A DNA stretch of 64,000 nt. Origin: Spirochaetota bacterium. GTDB taxonomy: Bacteria; Spirochaetota; UBA4802; UBA5550. Positions within the stretch are counted from its first letter, which is position 1; every line of letters begins with the position of its first letter. The notes under the pieces were generated by a model. The model had not been told where the DNA came from. It made no database searches and saw only the letters and a program-made list of their open reading frames with translations. Below are positions 58,831 to 64,000 of the stretch, in pieces. The stretch covers positions 35,206-99,205 of the forward strand of contig JBNKTL010000011.1 of the NCBI GenBank assembly GCA_050298055.1. The letters are read 5' to 3'. A program made the position numbers and the translations under genes.

Positions 58831-59337
58831 ATGCATCTTACGGAAAAAAACTGGAAACAAATATGCAAATTCTGGGGTGAAATTTCTCATGTTAAACCTC
58901 CAAACCTGCCCTATTGTATTTTTGCCACAGTTGACGAAGACGGTTCACCGCGTATTGCTCCCTATTCGTCCCTGGTTCTCTATGAAAATAAAAGGGGTTT
59001 CTTTTTTGATCATTTTTCCCGGCAGTTGACGGCAAATCTTGATCGTAACGGGAAAATCTGCATTTTATTGTTAAAAAATAACAGATGGTTCTGGATGAAG
59101 ACATTTCTTCTGGGCGAGTTCAATCATGCGCCGGGTATAAGGCTGATGGGGACCGTGGGAGAAAGACGGGAAGCTACCATTGAAGAGATAAATACCTTTA
59201 AAAAGCCGTTGAGTAAAATGAAATTTCTCAGGGGATATAAGCCTTTCTGGGACGTTATGAAGCATGGCCGTGATATATTCTTTGAGTCTTTTGAAACGGT
59301 AAAGTGCGGACCGATTAAATATAAAGAGAAAATTTAA
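58831..59337 (+). CDS. Pyridoxamine 5'-phosphate oxidase-family (split-barrel flavin-binding) protein
   Basis: 'FATVDEDGSP...P', 'NL..N..IC', 'GIRL.G'; GAGG RBS. Confidence 0.85.
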   Translation: MHLTEKNWKQICKFWGEISHVKPPNLPYCIFATVDEDGSPRIAPYSSLVLYENKRGFFFDHFSRQLTANLDRNGKICILLLKNNRWFWMKTFLLGEFNHAPGIRLMGTVGERREATIEEINTFKKPLSKMKFLRGYKPFWDVMKHGRDIFFESFETVKCGPIKYKEKI

Positions 59338-59527
59338 AAGGTATTTTAAAGGAACCTGTAAATGTATAAATTGATAAATAGTTATAAAAAAAAGTATTTT
59401 AAAAAAATCTAAAAAAGTCATTTACAGCATAAAAATCCATAAAATAGATGTCATCTATGAAGTATCGGTTCTCTGATTTGGATTTCCCCTGTTTCAATCC
59501 ATTAAACTAAATTAGCTGAGTTGCCCT

Positions 59528-60508
59528 ATGACCGTCAAAGATATTCTTAAAAAAGCGGAAAACCTGGAATTGCTGTCGAAGGATGAGATCGTCGATCTTA
59601 TCCGGGTGGACAATGAGAGCCGGGAGTGTTATGAGATGATGCATCTTGCCAACAGGATGTCCCGGGAGATGTTCTCCGGCAAAGGGGAAAACCATCTGCA
59701 CATAGGGCTCAATGCCGGGCCCTGTCCCTACAACTGTGATTTCTGCTCCCTGACCCGGCAATCGGGCCTGTTCGAGAAAGAAGTGATCTTCTCTGATGAA
59801 CAACTGGTTCTCTGGGGGAAGAAGGCGGAGGAGGAAGGCGCTGACGGAATAAATGTCATGACCACCGGGACATACAGCTTCGAAGACCTCCTCGAGACGG
59901 GTAAGATGCTCAGCAGTGAGACAAAGGTCCCCCTCATAGCAAATACACGGGACATTAATCATGACGAAGGAGAGATGCTTCTTGAAGCGGGATTTATCGG
60001 CATGTACCACGCGGTGAGGCTGGGGGAGGGGATTGTCACTCCCTTCAAGGTTGAAAAGAGGATCAACACCCTGAAGGTGTTAAAGGACACGGGCCTCAAA
60101 TGGATGAACTGTGTGGAGCCCGTGGGCCCGGAGCACACACCCGAAGAACTTGCCGGCCTGATGCTTCTGGCGAGGGAGCACGGTGCAATATACAGCGGTG
60201 TTATGCGGAGAATCAACTTTCCCGGCAGTCCCATGGAGAAATACGGAATGATAACGGAGCTTGACATGGCGCGGCTCACGGCGGTGAGCAGGCTTGTCAT
60301 GGGGGAGGTCCCCCGGGCCCACTGCACCCATGAACCGAATACCCTGGCGCTGGTTGCGGGGGCGAACCTGATGTTTCCCGAAGTGGGGTCCAGCCCCCGG
60401 GACACGGAGGCCGACAGCGCCCGGGGCAGGGGAAGCGGGATTGATGACTGCAGGAAAATGTTCCGGGAAACCGGCTGGGACCATGCAAAAAAATCAAATG
60501 TCTGTTAA
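59528..60508 (+). CDS. Radical SAM protein, BioB-like family
   Basis: CxxxCxxC 'CPYNCDFC', C-terminal 'AGAN'; lacks the canonical BioB YNHN motif. Confidence 0.88.
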   Translation: MTVKDILKKAENLELLSKDEIVDLIRVDNESRECYEMMHLANRMSREMFSGKGENHLHIGLNAGPCPYNCDFCSLTRQSGLFEKEVIFSDEQLVLWGKKAEEEGADGINVMTTGTYSFEDLLETGKMLSSETKVPLIANTRDINHDEGEMLLEAGFIGMYHAVRLGEGIVTPFKVEKRINTLKVLKDTGLKWMNCVEPVGPEHTPEELAGLMLLAREHGAIYSGVMRRINFPGSPMEKYGMITELDMARLTAVSRLVMGEVPRAHCTHEPNTLALVAGANLMFPEVGSSPRDTEADSARGRGSGIDDCRKMFRETGWDHAKKSNVC

Positions 60509-60518
60509 GGAGAAAAAG

Positions 60519-61457
60519 ATGAAAAGGACTTATTTATTAATATCCCTTCTGGGGATTCTCTTTATTGCCGGGGGATGCGGCAAATCCGCGAAAAAGTACC
60601 GGGTGGGGACATGGAAGACCGCCCAGACCATTCAGCCCTTCTTCTATACTGAAATCGGCGGTGTCAAAACGGATGTGCACGCCTTTACCAATCCCGCGGA
60701 CCAGAAAACAGCGCTGCTCTCGGGGAGCCTTGATATGTGCGGAACAACAATCGCCCATGCCATTCACTCGGCGGTAAGGGGCGAACCGGTTGTCCTTGTT
60801 GCCGGGCTTTGCAACAGGTGTTCCGCCCTTGTGGTGAATAAAAAGATAAAGTGCGTCAATGAACTGAAGGGAAAGACCATCGGGTATGTTCCCGGGACAA
60901 TGCATGAAATACTCCTCAGGGAGCTTCTCACGAAAAATGGGCTCAATCCCAACAGCGACGTGAAACTGACCCGGGTTGATTTTTTTGACATGGGGACCGC
61001 CCTGGCAAAGGGGAGCATCGACGCCTTTTTGTCAGGTGAGCCCTTTCCCACGATAGCGCAGAAGAAGGGTTACGGATATATCCTCGTTTATCCCTATTTT
61101 GAAGATACCGTGGGGAAAATAAACGCGGGAATGCTGGTCAAAAGATCGGACCTGGAAAAGAACAGGAAGATGGTCCGTGACCTGGTGAAGGCCCATGTGA
61201 AGGCCACTATCCGTCTCAATAAAGACAAAGAGCTCTGGCTGAAAAAGGCCGCTTCCTTCGGTACCGACTACGCAATCCTGGAATCGGCCTCTCCCAACAT
61301 GGAGATCTTCTGGAACATCGACGAAAAATGGGTCAGGCAGGTCCGGGAGCTGGGAAAGAGAATGGAGAAGCTGGGGATCATCAATCAACAGCCCGATTAC
61401 GGCACACTCATCGACCTCTCGATTGTGAAGGAGGTCAGGAAAGAACTGGGGCTATGA
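60519..61457 (+). CDS. SsuA/NitT/TauT-family ABC substrate-binding lipoprotein
   Basis: Lipobox 'IAGGC', 'AL.SGSLD', 'LKGK.IG', 'AL.KG.IDA...EP'. Confidence 0.9.
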   Translation: MKRTYLLISLLGILFIAGGCGKSAKKYRVGTWKTAQTIQPFFYTEIGGVKTDVHAFTNPADQKTALLSGSLDMCGTTIAHAIHSAVRGEPVVLVAGLCNRCSALVVNKKIKCVNELKGKTIGYVPGTMHEILLRELLTKNGLNPNSDVKLTRVDFFDMGTALAKGSIDAFLSGEPFPTIAQKKGYGYILVYPYFEDTVGKINAGMLVKRSDLEKNRKMVRDLVKAHVKATIRLNKDKELWLKKAASFGTDYAILESASPNMEIFWNIDEKWVRQVRELGKRMEKLGIINQQPDYGTLIDLSIVKEVRKELGL

Positions 61458-62227
61458 GAAGGGCGGCCCCCTTTATCATTCCCTTCCTGGCTTTCTGCTT
61501 CTGGTTTTTCAGCAGCAGGTTCAATCTTATTCCGGGGTACCTTCTCCCTTCCCCCGGTGACATCGCCGCCGCCGCCCGGCACTATATTTTCCCCGGCAAT
61601 TCCCCCGGGCCTTACGGGGGGAGGTTTTTACCGGACTTTTTCAGCAGCTCGGTACGGGTCATAAGCGGTTTCGGGATAGCCGTGATTATCGGTATCCCCC
61701 TTGGCCTCGCGTGCGGCAGGAACAGGCTCCTCAACAGCTTTGTGAGCGGCCCCCTCAATGCCGTGAGGGCCGTTCCGGGGATAACCTGGCTGCCCCTGGC
61801 AATGATCTGGTTCGGTATCGGTGACGCCACCAGCATCTTCCTCATAGCCCTTGCAAGCTTTTTTCCCGTGTTTTTGAACACCTTCAGCGGGGCGGAAAAG
61901 ATCGACATCAACCTCTACTACGCGGGGGCCATGCTGGGTGTTACCCGGGTCCAGGGAGTGATCCATATCCTTCTCCCCGCCTGCGTTCCCCATATAGTTC
62001 CGGGACTGAGGCTGGGGCTGGGCATCGCGTGGGCCTACCTGGTCCTGGGGGAGCTCACCGGTGTCCCCAACGGTCTGGGGGCCCTCATCATGGACGCCCG
62101 GATGCTGGGGAGGGTGGACATGATCATCGTGGGGATGATCCTCATCGCCCTTATCGGCAAGACATATGACTACCTGCTGGTCAGGGTCCTGAAGCTCTGT
62201 TTTAAGAGCGTGAGGCGGATGATATGA
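61454..62227 (+). CDS. SsuC/TauC-family ABC permease
   Basis: 'LLPSP', 'WLPLAMIWFGIG', 'GLRLGLG.AW..LV.GE', 'GLG..I'. Confidence 0.92.
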   Translation: MRRAAPFIIPFLAFCFWFFSSRFNLIPGYLLPSPGDIAAAARHYIFPGNSPGPYGGRFLPDFFSSSVRVISGFGIAVIIGIPLGLACGRNRLLNSFVSGPLNAVRAVPGITWLPLAMIWFGIGDATSIFLIALASFFPVFLNTFSGAEKIDINLYYAGAMLGVTRVQGVIHILLPACVPHIVPGLRLGLGIAWAYLVLGELTGVPNGLGALIMDARMLGRVDMIIVGMILIALIGKTYDYLLVRVLKLCFKSVRRMI

Positions 62228-62964
62228 AAGGCCTCCTTGAAATAACCGGCATCAGCAAAACATATGATGAAAAGAAGAACACTGTCCTTGAGGACCTTGA
62301 CCTTGTCATAAACAGCGGCGAATTTCTCTGTCTCCTGGGGCCTTCCGGCTGCGGAAAGACCACCCTCCTGAACCTGGTTGCCGGGTTTATCGAGCCCACG
62401 GGGGGTACAATACGCGTGGGGGGTGAACCGGTTGCAGGGCCCGGGCCGGACAGGTGTGTTGTCTTCCAGGAAAGCACCCTGTTTCCCTGGTTTACCATAA
62501 GGGAAAATATCTCCCTGGGCATTTTAAAGAAAGACAGGACATTCATGAAAAATGAGCTGGAAAAATATATCAGGATGGTGGGTCTTGACGGATATGAAGA
62601 TTTCCTCCCCCGGGAAGTTTCCGGGGGGATGAAACAGAGGGCCAACCTGGCCCGGGCCCTGATCATGCACCCGAAGATCATGCTCATGGACGAGCCTTTC
62701 TCTGCCCTTGACTTTCAGCTGAGGCGGGAGCTTCAGGACAGGCTCATTGAGATCCAGCGTAAGCTGAAACAGACGGTCCTTTTTATTACCCACGACGTGG
62801 AGGAAGCCGCCCGTCTCGGTGACAGGGTCCTCATCATGGGCCGGGGGGGGAGGATTTGCCATGAAGAAACAATCGGCCTGGAAAAACCGAGAGAGCTCCT
62901 GGACCCCCGTTTTCTCGCCCTGAGGGAAAAGCTCTACGGGTCCTTTGTCAGTGAGTGTTCCTGA
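62224..62964 (+). CDS. SsuB/TauB-family ABC ATPase
   Basis: 'GPSGCGKTT', 'VFQE..LFPW', 'SGGMKQR', 'MDEPFSALD', 'THDVEEA'. Confidence 0.94.
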   Translation: MKGLLEITGISKTYDEKKNTVLEDLDLVINSGEFLCLLGPSGCGKTTLLNLVAGFIEPTGGTIRVGGEPVAGPGPDRCVVFQESTLFPWFTIRENISLGILKKDRTFMKNELEKYIRMVGLDGYEDFLPREVSGGMKQRANLARALIMHPKIMLMDEPFSALDFQLRRELQDRLIEIQRKLKQTVLFITHDVEEAARLGDRVLIMGRGGRICHEETIGLEKPRELLDPRFLALREKLYGSFVSECS

Positions 62965-63365
62965 AAAAAAGATGTCGTTCAGTTATATAAAATTTTTTTT
63001 TACTTTTATTTATTGTTTTTTTTGTCCTTTTTAGGCGGATAATGCCACTATATTTCAAGAACCGTTTGTCAATGTTAAATATAAAATTGAAGAAAAAAAG
63101 AAATTGCGCACAGCATTTCATTCGAAATTCAACATTAAACACTTAACATTGATAAAAAAGTGTCGTTCATTACACTCTGTGTAGCGTTCATTACAAAACT
63201 GTACAAATGGTACTTGTTGTATGTTGACGGTTTATTGTTTTTTGTGTATATATGAAAGCGATGTGTCCGGGTGATGTGTCAAAAAAAGTATTGACTGAAA
63301 ATATAAAAGAGTATCTATTACCATCCTGTGTGATGTGATAAGTAAGAGGCATTTGAATTAATTTC

Positions 63366-64000
63366 ATGATAAAAATTTTGTTAAAGACAGCTGCCGTGCT
63401 ATCTCTGCTCCTGTGGGGGGTAAACCTCTTTGCGTCCGGTCGTGAGGAGGCCGTGGCCCCGTGGGAGAGCGCCGAAGAGGGAAGGCTCTGGAGCCAGCAG
63501 GTCATATCCGATACCCTGGATGGAAGGGGAGACGGAATGCCCCTTAACGCGTTGTGCGACGCGACCGCCTTTGCAACGATAAAACACTTAAGAGAGAAGG
63601 CCGTATCAAAACTGCGGCATCACAGGGAAGACCGTGAAACATCTTCCGTAAAGCTCTTCGCGGGAATATTAAAGAACATATCCGAAATTGATATTGTTCC
63701 GTTAATGGAGAATGAGCGGGAACTGCTGGTTGGCGTTTCTTCATTCCATTTTTCGATCTCCCTTAAGGACTTTATATCCGGAGGGAAAGGGCACAGTGGT
63801 GAGATGGCTTTATCTCCTCCCCCCGCAGCGGTAACGGTTTCACGTCAATTTAAACAGAAAGACAAAACAGGGAAACCCTTCATGTACGGCGGAACGGGCA
63901 TTAATGATCTCCGTGAAAAGGTAAACCTGGAAGAATATTCGTTAAAGGCCGGGAAGATAGACCTCTACGGCCTCTATTTGTATATATGGGAAGACAATCC
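63366..64000 (+). CDS. Hypothetical secreted protein, 3'-truncated by window
   Basis: Manual translation gives MIKILLKTAAVLSLLLWGVNLFA-SGREE..., open to the window end. It is absent from the supplied ORF track because there is no stop codon. Confidence 0.7.
   Translation, partial: MIKILLKTAAVLSLLLWGVNLFASGREEAVAPWESAEEGRLWSQQVISDTLDGRGDGMPLNALCDATAFATIKHLREKAVSKLRHHREDRETSSVKLFAGILKNISEIDIVPLMENERELLVGVSSFHFSISLKDFISGGKGHSGEMALSPPPAAVTVSRQFKQKDKTGKPFMYGGTGINDLREKVNLEEYSLKAGKIDLYGLYLYIWEDN

Noticed and set aside
59356..59427. CTGTAAATG/CATTTACAG inverted repeat as a BirA operator
   Set aside because: The arms are 54 bp apart, far from BirA spacing, and a 9-bp match in AT-rich DNA may be chance.
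59528..60508. Calling the radical SAM gene bioB
   Set aside because: It lacks the YNHN motif and biotin-gene context, so the symbol was left blank.

Overview
Bacterial chromosomal window from a diderm, probably anaerobic organism. A DUF1564-like RHH protein, stand-alone AcrB and MlaE genes and a yaaR-holB-yaaT-metG block hint at Spirochaetota (inference only). Bases 1-26 kb are mostly housekeeping: bactofilin end, yaaR-holB-yaaT-metG, parAB, an ArsR-CDF metal-efflux pair, glyA, valS, an omptin protease, pcm, and rpsF-ssb-rpsR-DUF2232-rplI-dnaB-mlaE with an S6:S18 leader. Bases 26-64 kb are an accessory mosaic: GNAT, MDR oxidoreductase, a TM-HEPN-like protein, SIMPL, a metal-chelate ABC transporter with a TrmO-FmdE fusion, ilvBN with a complete leader-peptide attenuator, an XRE-led cluster of two non-canonical thiolases, two DUF35 proteins and an acyl-CoA dehydrogenase, an IS3 scar beside a very AT-rich O-acyltransferase, an atypical Tat-Rieske protein, an RND pump, TetR/PNPOx, and a BioB-like radical SAM gene with an SsuABC-type transporter. 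The best sequence-level results are a three-copy ~140-bp MITE family (one copy with an intact 8-bp target duplication), other palindromic elements, the unannotated ilv leader peptide and several gene remnants. The best candidates for uncharacterised systems are the thiolase/DUF35 cluster and the radical SAM-ABC operon. I saw no CRISPR array, tRNA or rRNA. All family calls come from motif recognition, not database searches.
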